Virus record (IMG/VR): IMGVR_UViG_3300020404_000637
Span: 1 to 28,297 of that record
Length of the DNA: 28,297 nucleotides
Origin: a virus
Lineage: Duplodnaviria > Caudoviricetes
Strand: one strand, 5' to 3'
The translations under genes were made by a program, and so were the position numbers. Positions 1 to 10,165 of this stretch are shown here, one piece after another. Numbering within the stretch: the first letter of the stretch is position 1; every line of letters begins with the position of its first letter. The notes below the pieces were generated by a model. It made no database searches and was not told the origin of the DNA. It saw nothing but the letters and a program-made list of their open reading frames with translations.

Positions 1-521
1 GATGCTGCTGAGTAAATATATTTCTTAACTCTTGAAAGATCTGATTTTCTATTTGTTCCACCACCACCGTCATCAACAATAACCTCATCTGCATCAACAA
101 GGTCAGCACCGATATCAGTTCCACCATCTATGTCTAAAGAAGTGATTGCTAATGATCCAGCACCGAATCCTCCACTTGTATCCCATGTAAGGTTACCACT
201 ACCATCACTCACCAATAATCCCTTATCTACTGCAGCAGCAGGGAATGTATATGTTTGATTACTTGTGATTGAAGCAGGTGCCTTCAACACAATATGATTA
301 CTTCCGTTATTAGAACCCTCTACTAGGTTCACTCCAGAACCAGTTGTGGCTGTTTCTCTTGTCCAAAAACGATGTGAACCGATAAATTTGTTAGCACTTG
401 TTGTAGAGTCTATACCTACATACAGGTCAAACTTATCTACCGTAAGAGCTGGTTCTCCAGCTTGCAGTCCTGGGAGGTTAGCATAATTACCTCTCTTAAA
501 CTGTAGAATGGGGGATGCCAT
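1..521 (-). CDS. Tail-fibre-like virion protein, 5' part (runs off the left edge; not in the ORF track)
   Basis: Manual translation from ATG at 521 gives MASPILQFKRGNYANLPGLQAGEPALTVDKFDLYVG...LKAPASITSNQTYTFPAAAVDKGLLVSDGSGNLTW..., open to position 1. The QFKRG...L..GEP N-terminus and the 'TYTFP...L.SDGSGNL.W' segment are typical of cyanophage fibre proteins. A late promoter lies upstream. Confidence 0.8.
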   Translation of the reverse strand, partial: MASPILQFKRGNYANLPGLQAGEPALTVDKFDLYVGIDSTTSANKFIGSHRFWTRETATTGSGVNLVEGSNNGSNHIVLKAPASITSNQTYTFPAAAVDKGLLVSDGSGNLTWDTSGGFGAGSLAITSLDIDGGTDIGADLVDADEVIVDDGGGGTNRKSDLSRVKKYIYSAA

Positions 522-562
522 TTATAAATTTTTAAGTATTGTTTACGCCACCTTCACATCTT

Positions 563-593
563 CGGTATATACCGTAACAACTGTATATACAGT
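563..593. repeat. Two adjacent perfect palindromes sharing a GTATATAC core (CGGTATATACCG 563-574; ACTGTATATACAGT 580-593)
   Basis: Read directly from the sequence. They lie in the 88-bp intergenic region between the late promoter and the fibre gene start. Confidence 0.85.
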
Positions 594-600
594 CGAAAAT

Positions 601-608
601 TATTTATA
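601..608 (-). promoter_or_regulatory. T4-type late promoter (gp55 -10 box) TATAAATA
   Basis: Perfect consensus on the minus strand, just past the stop of ORF 610-996 and about 80 nt upstream of the fibre ATG. Confidence 0.8.
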
Positions 609-609
609 T

Positions 610-996
610 TTAAAAAGTCCCTGCGTCTAAATCTATCTTGTCATCCAATACTTGATCTAGGTAATCTATCGTATCTGTTGATAATCCAGTAGCAGCAGGT
701 GCTCCACCAGGTACAGTGTTTGCTCCAACTGCAGCGTCTACTACTTCATCTGGATTTACAAATTTGAATGTATCAGTGGGTGCGTCGTATATCAATACCC
801 ATCTATTCTGGGCACCACTAGTACTAATATCATTGAGATCAGTTAATTTTTTTGCCACAGATCCTCCTCCAGAACCACTGCCACCAGATAATTGAATAGT
901 AAAACTACTACCTCCACCACTAGTACCAAGAATACCTGTTGATGCTAATCTAACAGATTTATTAGAACTGCCTTGTAGAGATACCTTATATGTCAT
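610..996 (-). CDS. Small Gly/Ser-rich virion or fibre-associated protein
   Basis: 128 aa with a GS linker, an LTDLNDI motif and a C-terminal IDLDAGTF. TAATG-coupled to the upstream ORF and located in the structural operon. Confidence 0.7.
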   Translation of the reverse strand: MTYKVSLQGSSNKSVRLASTGILGTSGGGSSFTIQLSGGSGSGGGSVAKKLTDLNDISTSGAQNRWVLIYDAPTDTFKFVNPDEVVDAAVGANTVPGGAPAATGLSTDTIDYLDQVLDDKIDLDAGTF

Positions 997-1334
997 TATG
1001 ATATTGTTGGATTGAGTAGTGCTTGACCACTAATAACTTTCTCTTTCTTTCCATTGATATCATTAGTGATAATGACATCATAATTATATCTCCCCTCTGT
1101 AGTTACGCCTGTCTGGGCATCAGTTAGGGAAATAGTAATCTCACCATTAGTAGGATCGCCACCAAAAGTTGCTCCAAAAGCAACATGACCAGACGAAGTG
1201 TGATGCTTACGCATCTTCGCAGATATGCTATGGTTAGTTAAGTCAAGTGGTGATCCGTCAGATTGAGTAACATTATATGTTGCCTCAAAATCAGTCCCTG
1301 CCTCAATTTGTATATTGACTCTTGGAACTGCCAT
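996..1334 (-). CDS. Conserved cyanophage virion protein (predicted beta-sandwich, BppU-N-like adaptor)
   Basis: 112 aa. The pattern NIQIEAGTDF...PLDLT....AKMRKH...GEITISLT..QT....GRYNYDV...KVISG matches a widespread small beta-rich phage structural family. A late box lies upstream. Confidence 0.7.
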   Translation of the reverse strand: MAVPRVNIQIEAGTDFEATYNVTQSDGSPLDLTNHSISAKMRKHHTSSGHVAFGATFGGDPTNGEITISLTDAQTGVTTEGRYNYDVIITNDINGKKEKVISGQALLNPTIS

Positions 1335-1357
1335 ATGAGTATGTTATTTTACTATAT

Positions 1358-1549
1358 CTATTTATTGAGCAGTAATGCTTTTAGCTCTTCTAACTCAGAT
1401 TTCAATCTATCTAATTCATTTTTTGTATCTAATCTAGAATCCCTGTCCCTAATATATCTCTCATAAGCAACAGTATCTGTGTTTACTATTGCTGTTGTTG
1501 AGAGATCTCTTGCAAGATTTTTATGATCTTCTACTTTTGCTTTTCTCAT
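1358..1549 (-). CDS. Conserved small T4-like phage protein with C-terminal coiled coil
   Basis: 63 aa with KVEDHKNLARDLSTTAIVNTD and a heptad-like ELDRLKSELEELKALL. TAATG-coupled to the 2348-aa gene, the usual position for this family in cyanomyoviruses. Confidence 0.75.
   Translation of the reverse strand: MRKAKVEDHKNLARDLSTTAIVNTDTVAYERYIRDRDSRLDTKNELDRLKSELEELKALLLNK
1359..1366 (-). promoter_or_regulatory. Late promoter AATAAATA
   Basis: Overlaps the end of the 63-aa ORF, about 25 nt upstream of the ATG at 1334. Confidence 0.6.
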
Positions 1550-4500
1550 TATGCTACTGCTATTGATCTGAAGTCTAATAACTCTGGATCTTCTGCTTGG
1601 TTGACAGATGAAAGAACAACCTTGATTTGGAATCCTGTAAATTGAGGTAGATCATCAACTGAATATTCATATTCAAGGAACTGATCTTCAAGACTTGCAG
1701 CAATCTTTGTATCTGCTTGACCGTTATTATTAGCAGGTGCAATAACATTACCATTAGTATCAAGGTTTTGGAAACCAGGAAATAGTTCAAATACCTTATC
1801 AATTTCATCTGAATCAGATCTTTGGAGTCTATAAAGAACTCTTATATCTGCAGATGCTGGTCTGAATGCAGCAAATAGAACTTTCAATGATGTTGCAGGG
1901 TTCTCTAATTTGATTACCTTTGTTAGATACAAGTTATTATGTGGATCATCTAGAGTATTGACTCTACTATCAGTTGAGTAATTTTCTACGGGTGAGTTTA
2001 CCCTTGAAGATTCAGTTAGAACTGAACTCTTGAATACATCAACAACTGGAGATACATTCTCGTCATCTGTACTGAATACCATATCAAATGTAAATGATTT
2101 AGATCCAGGTAATGCAGTCATCTGTGCATCTTCATTGACCTTAGACGCAACCATTCTTGGATCAGGGAATGTTGTTTCACCCACTAGAGAAACAGGTGAG
2201 TATCCTTTGTCTGAGAATGAAGTTTCATTACCACTTACACTTGTAGCAGCAGTAGTTCTTACAGTTGCATCTATAGAAGTTCCTTCTGGTAGACTGTGTG
2301 CAATATTAGGTTCAAGAGACTCGAACTGTATGTTTGCAGATGCCCTACCTCTATTTCCACCACCATTCTTATCCTTAGTAAAGACAGTAGAACCAGTAAG
2401 TTTCACAACATAAGAATCAAGTGTTATATTATCTTGTATGCTAGATGTAGCATTAGTCAATGCATGTTCTGTATTGATCTTACGAAGAGATACACCTGAT
2501 AGTTCATATTTCTGAACTGGAGTATCTATTTCATGTGTCTTAGCAAATGAATCATCAACACCTCTAGTAATTGTGCCAGTTAGTTGGTTGGTTCCAACAG
2601 TAGTGTATTTGATTATTTCATCTCCAATAAGAGCATAACCAGGATTACTTGCTGATACTTGAGCACCCTCAAAGAAGTTGAATCCTAAACTACTACCAAC
2701 ACTTACTGAACTTGTAACACTCTGAGCATATCCAACAGTTAGTTTAGTTGGTACACTATCACCAGTAATATTATCAATATCAACTCTGTTACTGATGGAA
2801 TGGTTTCCATGATTAGGATGAGTTACTCTGAAATGTAATCCATCATATTGATCTGTATTTGTTACAACTGTGCTAGGTTTGATATTAGGAAGTGTAACTC
2901 CATCAGATATAATTGTATTTGTAGTATCAAACGTGCCCTCACAGTTAGTAAGAATAAGTGAGTTAGCTGCTGTAGTGACACCAACTGTCAAGACTAGATT
3001 TTGTCCAAGACCTTTAGATCCAAGTGCAGCAGTAAGCGTATCACCAACCTGATATCCAGTTCCTGTATTGTCACCCTTGACAGTAGCACCAGTGATAGCA
3101 CCAGATGAAACAGTCACAACACCAACTGCACCAGAACCGCTACCTGTGGAGGTTACAAAGTTTACTGTGTTATAATTACCATCCTCATACCCTGTACCAG
3201 CATTCGTGACTGACAATGTGTTTGCAGCCTGTCCAAGATGTGCTAACTTATCAGCAACTACCCCACGAGCAGAAGCGTTAGAAGTCTGTGTAATTACAGA
3301 ACCAACGTCAGCACCTGTAGTTGCGATGGAAGAAGTTAGACCTACAGTCACCCTCTTCGCATATGTCTCAATTGGGTTCTCAGGTAAGTCATTTCTAGAA
3401 TCAAAGTTATTCAACTGAGGATTATACATCCTAAGTGTGCCAGGATCAAGTACAAATTTTGCCTTATATGAAACATACTTCATATCCTCCAACTGTGATG
3501 GAGTCCATGTTCCAGCAGTCTGACCTTTGAATAGAGATCCAATAGTAGGTTGTTTAGTAACAATAACCTTACCTAACTCAGATTCAGTTGATGTAGTAAT
3601 ATCTGCTTCACCAATTTGACAGATCCATTGGTTATATTCAGATGTTGCAGTGGCAGTAACAAATGCATATTCACCTGTTGGTAAGTATATTGGTGAATCG
3701 AATGTGAATTTAGTTGGTACAGATGCATCTTCTGATACATTGACCTGATCAGGGTCTAATATTACTAGTCCATTCTTTACTACGTTCCTTGATGGATATC
3801 CATTGACAACATCCACAACAGTTAATTGTAGTGGTATTGTTTCTGACCTACTCTGGAAGAACATATCAACTGATGTCATAAAGATACCAGGTGATTCTTC
3901 TACTTGGAATGTCTGTGCTAATGGGTCATCATCACTTTCAAACTCAGTAAGAATCGGTTGGATGATAGTAACTGTATTATCAATGATTTCAGTTATCTCA
4001 ATAATAACTGGAGGTGGTATAACTGGTGGAGCAGGTTCTACTCTCTCAAGACTTGTCTCGGTAATAAGTGTTCCTTCCGAAAAATGATCAGCAGCAGCAC
4101 GAGAGAAGTTTAGAGCAGGTACTTGATCAGATGGTAATAAACTTGTCAATAGAGCAGTGTTAGTACCGTTCTTAACAAAATTAGGTGGAAGATAATACGA
4201 ACCAATAACAGCCCCGTAGTCATCAGTAATCAATCTTATTTGACTTATCTCTGCTTCTGCACCACTAGTCTCACCAACCAATTTCATACCAACAGTAACA
4301 AATCCAAAAAAGTTAGCATCTGATTTTTGAGAAAGTGAAGCAGTATCAATGTTTAGAACTGTTGTAGTTTCTGAATATGAGGATGATAATCCAACATTAG
4401 GAGTATATGGGTTGTTTGGATATACAATCGTTGGACTAGCAAAAGGACCATCTTTGTGGTTTGGTGCTGCTAATCTAAATCTTATATCAATTCCTTGACT

Positions 4501-7500
4501 TTCATTCTGAGCAGAAACTGCATATCCATTTACAGTCTCACCTGTTTGGAATGCACCTTGTATAGGTGTTACTTCTAGTAATTTTGGTATAGTACGGTTC
4601 TCAATATCCAACATATCATTACCTGCAAACATGTTGAAATGATTAGTACCTGGCTTGAGTCTTGTACCAATAAACTGAATGTTCTGTTCCCTCATATCAG
4701 GAATAGACTCTTCAGTTGTAATGATATCGTTAGAGAAACCTATACCATCATCTTGTATAATAAATTGATTTTCTATAAAGATATCTGATTCAGGATTTAG
4801 TGTAAGATTACCTCTCCAACTTCTCATCATATATGGGTTGACGTTCTCAACTCTAGTTGCAAATGGTTGAGATCTTTCAATTACCTCTTCATAATTCAGA
4901 GTTACAAGATCACCTGTTTTTCTGATATTAGGTGAGTTTAGGTCTTCGGCATATCTTGGATCAACAGTAAGATCTGGAGTTCCATTAGTTCCAACAATAG
5001 CACCCGATCCAATAAGAAGATCGATACTATCCTTTTTCTTTCTTGAAACTAACTTACCATCATCGATATCATATTTCAAGAATGGAACAGTCTTATCTGC
5101 CACATTGAAATCATTGAAAGGATCAACAACAAAACCATTCTTGAATCTATCAAGACCTGTAGTTGGGTCAGTAATAACAAGACTCTCAGTTGCAGCTTCT
5201 AGTAATGATAAGGAAGTAGTCTCCTCAAGATTCTCAATACGAGTCTCAAGTTTACCAATATCCTTCATTGTATAACGTCTATTAGCACGGAAAGTAATCG
5301 TTACATCCTTTGTAGCATCATAGACATATGGTTTATAATCAATTCTAGCTAGTTCAAATGCATTACTAATAGCTTCTGGTTCAACTGGTTTTACTGCAGG
5401 TGTACCTTGTTGTACAGTGAATTTTCCATTCCTATTGATAAACAATCTATCAATTCTACCTAGGTAATGATTGTAATCAAAGTTTATATTCTCATCAGAT
5501 ACGAGAACAGAAGGTGCTTGACCTCCACCAGTGAATACTCTTGACTCAAATTCAAATGGTGATTTAGTTCCAGAATAAGAAGCAACTCTAGGTCTCAAAT
5601 CTACAACATCAGTGTTAGGTATATTCTGGAATGCTGGAACAGTATCAAAGTTATCTTTAGTGTAACTACTTGCAGTTATTAAATCACCAGAATCTTCTGA
5701 ATTGATTACGTAATGATCAAAGTAAACCTTCAACTGTCCTTGTGGTTCTGGGAAATCTTGCTTTCTAACCAATCTACCAAAGTCATAATATTCGTTTCTC
5801 TGTCCAGTGTCTAATACGAAGTTCTTTCTAATGTTCTTATCACCTGGCGTAGAAGATGCTAGAATAGTTCTTACACCACTTTCTTGGAAAGTAATTTCTT
5901 CATTTACTTTGAAGGTATTATTATTTTTGTATAGTACTTCAACTGCGTTTGTACCACTTCTAGCAAGAACCTTTACAGCACCACCAGAACTCTTACCTAT
6001 ACCAATCTCACCTAAAATTAGATCAGTATTATTAGCATTAGGACCATTATAAGATCCAAGAATCATTGTTGGAATAGTAGGAATTCCAGTTCCTGATGAC
6101 TCAAACACAGCAGCAACTGATACTACATCAGGTACACCTAGAGATATTTCTCTATCTTGAACTCTCAAACCATATACTCCACTAGGAGTTAGACCATCTG
6201 TAATAGATGTGCTGACACCAGAAAAGTTACGGTTAGAACCTGTAATGACAGTAGTTGCTTCTCTTATAAGTTGTTTCTGCTTAGACTTGACCTTAGATTT
6301 CTGCTGTGTGCTATGTACAATCATATTAGTCTGACTAGCAGTAAGACCAGATATAGTTGCACCCTTACCTCCATTAGTCAAAGCAAATTGATCTGATGTT
6401 AATGTTTCTACATCACCAGTTGAATATACAACAGTATACCTTTCCTCATCAAATGGAGAATATACCAAATCAGTTCCTGTCAGTGTTGGTAAATCCATCT
6501 GACCAGAACTATTAGTTGCTTGACCTGTATTTTCTACTCTAATTGATATGGTAGATTCAGTAAGATCTACAGACTCTGTATTAGTGTTAGGTAAAGGTGC
6601 ATATAAGAATCCACTCTTAGATGCTTTCATTTTACCTGCAAGAATCTTCAGATCACTAACAGTAGTAGTAGAACTAGGTAGTGCCTTATGACATATACCT
6701 GAAATTGTATGTGGAGCAGCAACTACAGTAATATTATTATTTGTAGGACTAATAGCACTTACAACGTTGAATGTTACATCAGTTTGCCCACCACGTTTAT
6801 ATGAAATAACATCCCCTACCTTGAAGTTCTTTACCCATCCAGTTGTACCACTAGTAACAACACCACCACTGGTTATACTGAATGAACGTCCTGTAAGATC
6901 TTTCTTACTCTCTAAAACTATATCTGCAGCAAATGTTCTACTAGCAGCAGTAGATCTTACCGACTTCACATCATTGATACTAAACTCAGTAACCTCAGTA
7001 ATAACTCTACCATCTAGTGTGCCATTGACTTTGATCTGTTCATCTTTCGCAAACTGACCAGAAACCTGATGCAATGTGACAGTTGTAGAACTGACTGCAG
7101 TGCGAAGATAACCTCTAGCACCAGTACGTGCACCCTCAATTACAGCAGGTAATGGAATAGTTGCTGTTTGATTTATTGTTAACTTTGTATCAGTCTGAAT
7201 ATCAAATAAGTATAATTCAAAAACACTTGTGTCACCAGTGTATCCAGCATTCTGTAATTTGTAATCATATACTCTTGCACGTCCTATAGAATCCCCTGCT
7301 TCAGTTGCTTGGTTAGAAGCTAGTCTTGCACTACGAAGATCTATAAAGTCTGATGTAGCAGCATTCAACTTGATCTGAGCAGCATTTAGTACATGGTTTA
7401 CTCTTATCTTATTACCTGCTTCAAACGGAATAGCAGATGACTCAACAAGAGCAGTAGTTCTTGGTTTTTCAATATCTACAAAATGAGAACCATATGAGTT

Positions 7501-8595
7501 ACATTCATATCCCTTGACGTATGCTTTACCTGGACCTACACGAATACACATCAAATCTTTAGAAGGGGTATTACCTTCGTTAGTTTTTGATCCAGTGAAA
7601 AATGCACCAAATACAGAATGCCTATCGTTTAGAGATTCTTTTGCTTCTAAATCAAACTTTGTAACGTAATAGTTTCCACTCTCATCAAATGTTCTACGAG
7701 CAAATTCTTTTGCTAACTCTCCATAAAGAGTTTTATCAATTATTTTCTTAGTGCCACCATTCTCTAATCTCTGTAATTCAATAAATGTTTCATCTTGGAA
7801 ATCATCTATATCTTTCTTACTAAGAACTAGAGTAATCTTTAGTCTATCTGCACCAGGTGCAGTAAAGTTAGAGAACCCAGAAGCATTATCATATAAAGTA
7901 TCATCATCTACAGCAGTTATAATCTCTTCTTTTACATTGAATCCTACTCTGTATGATGGTGCATTATCATACTGATCTAGTATTACAGTTTCAGGTGATA
8001 CTTCAATAAATGCTCCACGAGCAAACCATACACCTCTCGTAATTGAGAATGCAGATCCTACGGATGAAGCATTAGAGTTTATAGCAGTAGCAAAATCAGA
8101 TCCACTTGTTATGGTTGTTGATCCATAAGTGAAATCTGCTAGTGTTAATAGATTTTCTCCATCAAGAAATTGATCATTCAAATAATCATCAGATGTCTTT
8201 TCATACTTGATGAATAAAGTTGTATTACTTGTTACAGACTCAGTAGAAGGTATTACTTTTACTACTTTAGCAGTGATACCAGATGTCTTACCCCTTATAC
8301 TTAAACCAATTAGTTTATCAAAGTACAGTTCTACAGGAACACCAAAAAATGTAGACTCTACTTTTACTGAAGTGTATTGGTTATCATATTTGAAATAACC
8401 AGGAATCACCATTGATCCCTCTCGGAAAATATGTTTACCGAATTGTTCAACCTGTCCCTGTAGGATAGATTGTAGTGTTGTTAGTTCCCGTGCTTGTACG
8501 GGTGTGCCAGGTTTGAAGAGGACTCGATTATAATTTTTTGACGAATCGAAATCATCAAAGTATGGACTGACATTAAGGTTGGTGTTCTGTGGCAT
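1549..8595 (-). CDS. Large virion structural protein, DUF4815 (VrlC-like) family
   Basis: 2348 aa. The N-terminus NLNVSPYFDDFD...RVLFKPG.PVQARELTTLQSILQ, plus APGADRLKI, ARRTFDESGNY, RYTMKDIGKLETRIENLE, RFKNGFVVDPF and DPLAQTF, are hallmark motifs. It follows gp8. Confidence 0.88.
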   Translation of the reverse strand: MPQNTNLNVSPYFDDFDSSKNYNRVLFKPGTPVQARELTTLQSILQGQVEQFGKHIFREGSMVIPGYFKYDNQYTSVKVESTFFGVPVELYFDKLIGLSIRGKTSGITAKVVKVIPSTESVTSNTTLFIKYEKTSDDYLNDQFLDGENLLTLADFTYGSTTITSGSDFATAINSNASSVGSAFSITRGVWFARGAFIEVSPETVILDQYDNAPSYRVGFNVKEEIITAVDDDTLYDNASGFSNFTAPGADRLKITLVLSKKDIDDFQDETFIELQRLENGGTKKIIDKTLYGELAKEFARRTFDESGNYYVTKFDLEAKESLNDRHSVFGAFFTGSKTNEGNTPSKDLMCIRVGPGKAYVKGYECNSYGSHFVDIEKPRTTALVESSAIPFEAGNKIRVNHVLNAAQIKLNAATSDFIDLRSARLASNQATEAGDSIGRARVYDYKLQNAGYTGDTSVFELYLFDIQTDTKLTINQTATIPLPAVIEGARTGARGYLRTAVSSTTVTLHQVSGQFAKDEQIKVNGTLDGRVITEVTEFSINDVKSVRSTAASRTFAADIVLESKKDLTGRSFSITSGGVVTSGTTGWVKNFKVGDVISYKRGGQTDVTFNVVSAISPTNNNITVVAAPHTISGICHKALPSSTTTVSDLKILAGKMKASKSGFLYAPLPNTNTESVDLTESTISIRVENTGQATNSSGQMDLPTLTGTDLVYSPFDEERYTVVYSTGDVETLTSDQFALTNGGKGATISGLTASQTNMIVHSTQQKSKVKSKQKQLIREATTVITGSNRNFSGVSTSITDGLTPSGVYGLRVQDREISLGVPDVVSVAAVFESSGTGIPTIPTMILGSYNGPNANNTDLILGEIGIGKSSGGAVKVLARSGTNAVEVLYKNNNTFKVNEEITFQESGVRTILASSTPGDKNIRKNFVLDTGQRNEYYDFGRLVRKQDFPEPQGQLKVYFDHYVINSEDSGDLITASSYTKDNFDTVPAFQNIPNTDVVDLRPRVASYSGTKSPFEFESRVFTGGGQAPSVLVSDENINFDYNHYLGRIDRLFINRNGKFTVQQGTPAVKPVEPEAISNAFELARIDYKPYVYDATKDVTITFRANRRYTMKDIGKLETRIENLEETTSLSLLEAATESLVITDPTTGLDRFKNGFVVDPFNDFNVADKTVPFLKYDIDDGKLVSRKKKDSIDLLIGSGAIVGTNGTPDLTVDPRYAEDLNSPNIRKTGDLVTLNYEEVIERSQPFATRVENVNPYMMRSWRGNLTLNPESDIFIENQFIIQDDGIGFSNDIITTEESIPDMREQNIQFIGTRLKPGTNHFNMFAGNDMLDIENRTIPKLLEVTPIQGAFQTGETVNGYAVSAQNESQGIDIRFRLAAPNHKDGPFASPTIVYPNNPYTPNVGLSSSYSETTTVLNIDTASLSQKSDANFFGFVTVGMKLVGETSGAEAEISQIRLITDDYGAVIGSYYLPPNFVKNGTNTALLTSLLPSDQVPALNFSRAAADHFSEGTLITETSLERVEPAPPVIPPPVIIEITEIIDNTVTIIQPILTEFESDDDPLAQTFQVEESPGIFMTSVDMFFQSRSETIPLQLTVVDVVNGYPSRNVVKNGLVILDPDQVNVSEDASVPTKFTFDSPIYLPTGEYAFVTATATSEYNQWICQIGEADITTSTESELGKVIVTKQPTIGSLFKGQTAGTWTPSQLEDMKYVSYKAKFVLDPGTLRMYNPQLNNFDSRNDLPENPIETYAKRVTVGLTSSIATTGADVGSVITQTSNASARGVVADKLAHLGQAANTLSVTNAGTGYEDGNYNTVNFVTSTGSGSGAVGVVTVSSGAITGATVKGDNTGTGYQVGDTLTAALGSKGLGQNLVLTVGVTTAANSLILTNCEGTFDTTNTIISDGVTLPNIKPSTVVTNTDQYDGLHFRVTHPNHGNHSISNRVDIDNITGDSVPTKLTVGYAQSVTSSVSVGSSLGFNFFEGAQVSASNPGYALIGDEIIKYTTVGTNQLTGTITRGVDDSFAKTHEIDTPVQKYELSGVSLRKINTEHALTNATSSIQDNITLDSYVVKLTGSTVFTKDKNGGGNRGRASANIQFESLEPNIAHSLPEGTSIDATVRTTAATSVSGNETSFSDKGYSPVSLVGETTFPDPRMVASKVNEDAQMTALPGSKSFTFDMVFSTDDENVSPVVDVFKSSVLTESSRVNSPVENYSTDSRVNTLDDPHNNLYLTKVIKLENPATSLKVLFAAFRPASADIRVLYRLQRSDSDEIDKVFELFPGFQNLDTNGNVIAPANNNGQADTKIAASLEDQFLEYEYSVDDLPQFTGFQIKVVLSSVNQAEDPELLDFRSIAVA

Positions 8596-8599
8596 TGTA

Positions 8600-10138
8600 T
8601 CAGAATTCTAAGATGATTTTAATATCTTCTCTTTGGTTTGTTGCTCTTGTCACTTCAGGTCTGTTATCAATGTAAATGATGTTACCAGAGTATTTTTTAA
8701 TCTCTGGGTTTGCCAATCCATTTGTATAGGATTGCCCAAAGTAGTATGTTCTTGAGTTGACAGTGGTTGAAACGCCAGTAAAACCAGTATCAATTGGTAA
8801 TGTTGCTGTACCTGTTGTAGTAGTAACAGTTACATTAGTATTACCACCCGCACCTGGTGATGACGTGAATTTATTTAGACGGTATCCATAGGTAGGTTTA
8901 CTGCCTGTACTTGTATCCAACGCAAGGGATCTGTCTTGCCAATACTGTAAAGTTTTAGTTACCGAATCATATCCAATAATCTTACCGATTGCAGTTGATC
9001 CGATTCCAATAGTTTGTGTTATATCACCGTCAGTTGCAACACTCATACTGGTTGCAGCAACACCTGCAAGACGTAAACCAAAAACTCCTGATGCACTAGC
9101 AGCAGTAAGTTGGTTACTTGTACCAAATATTTGAGGATTTTCGACAATACCAATACGAGCAAACTGGTTTCCTGTTGGGAAATCAGGGTTTGTCACATCA
9201 GCATTTTCTATTCTTGAGTATATAAGAACCTTGTTTGCACCTAGTTCTCTATAGATATCAGCACCATGACCGCCTGGTGGTGGTACGATCACAGAGAAAG
9301 ATGCTCCGCTACCTGTTACAACACTGTCAAGATCTAGAGTTCCAAAACTATATCCTGTTCCACCGTTAGTAACTTGAACTGAATCTGGTTTACCGTTGAT
9401 GAATGTAACAGATGCTAATCCATCTTGCCCATCACCTTTGATGGGCACATTGTTTTTCGTACCATTGAATTGATACGCTGCAGAAGATGTATTCTCTACA
9501 ACAATTTGTTCTATCTTACCATCAACAGCAGCATTCCGTACATCTGCTACATCAGTATTGGTTGCCCAATCATCTGGCACTGGTATATAATCAGCACTAT
9601 CAAATTTGATAATATCACTTGGTTTTATAGTATAAAGATACTTCCAAACATAACCATCACTTTCTAATCTAGGTTGTAGATCAGTGTGAACTGGTTCCTG
9701 TAGTGATATAATGCCTTTACCACTATTTGATGGAGCAGCTCCATTGAAAATACACTCATAGACTCTATAGTCCTTATTCATTACATAGAAATTAGAACCA
9801 TATAAACTTGTAGAGCTTGTCTGCTTACTCAAGTTATTGATACTAATGTCTTGACGATACATCTCGTATATCGTCCCTGTTGTCCATGTAATCTTTTTGA
9901 TAACTCGTAGTACGTCAGTACTATTAATCTTTTTGGCAGATATTAGGGTGTCGTAGATATTATCGTAATTATCGAAATTATCGATAGGTGATGGCGTATT
10001 AGTGTTCCAATCGGAAGCAACATCTGTTGCATTTGGTAGTCCAATAAAAACATAATAGCTGTTATCACTTGTCGAAATTCCGCTTACGAAATTAGTCGCA
10101 TTCAAAACCCTAATCTGATCCGTGATGACGGCTGGCAT
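8600..10138 (-). CDS. gp8: Baseplate wedge subunit gp8
   Basis: 512 aa with AVITDQIRVLNA, FYVMNKDYRVYECIFNG, DGYVWKYLYTIKP, PPGGHGAD, and C-terminal KKYSGNIIYIDNR...QREDIKIILEF. Synteny fits. Confidence 0.9.
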   Translation of the reverse strand: MPAVITDQIRVLNATNFVSGISTSDNSYYVFIGLPNATDVASDWNTNTPSPIDNFDNYDNIYDTLISAKKINSTDVLRVIKKITWTTGTIYEMYRQDISINNLSKQTSSTSLYGSNFYVMNKDYRVYECIFNGAAPSNSGKGIISLQEPVHTDLQPRLESDGYVWKYLYTIKPSDIIKFDSADYIPVPDDWATNTDVADVRNAAVDGKIEQIVVENTSSAAYQFNGTKNNVPIKGDGQDGLASVTFINGKPDSVQVTNGGTGYSFGTLDLDSVVTGSGASFSVIVPPPGGHGADIYRELGANKVLIYSRIENADVTNPDFPTGNQFARIGIVENPQIFGTSNQLTAASASGVFGLRLAGVAATSMSVATDGDITQTIGIGSTAIGKIIGYDSVTKTLQYWQDRSLALDTSTGSKPTYGYRLNKFTSSPGAGGNTNVTVTTTTGTATLPIDTGFTGVSTTVNSRTYYFGQSYTNGLANPEIKKYSGNIIYIDNRPEVTRATNQREDIKIILEF

Positions 10139-10157
10139 TATTTTGAAACTTTTTGTT

Positions 10158-10165
10158 TATTTATG
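10158..10165 (-). promoter_or_regulatory. Late promoter CATAAATA upstream of gp8
   Basis: Overlaps the TAA of the 1048-aa ORF, 20 nt upstream of the gp8 ATG. Confidence 0.6.
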
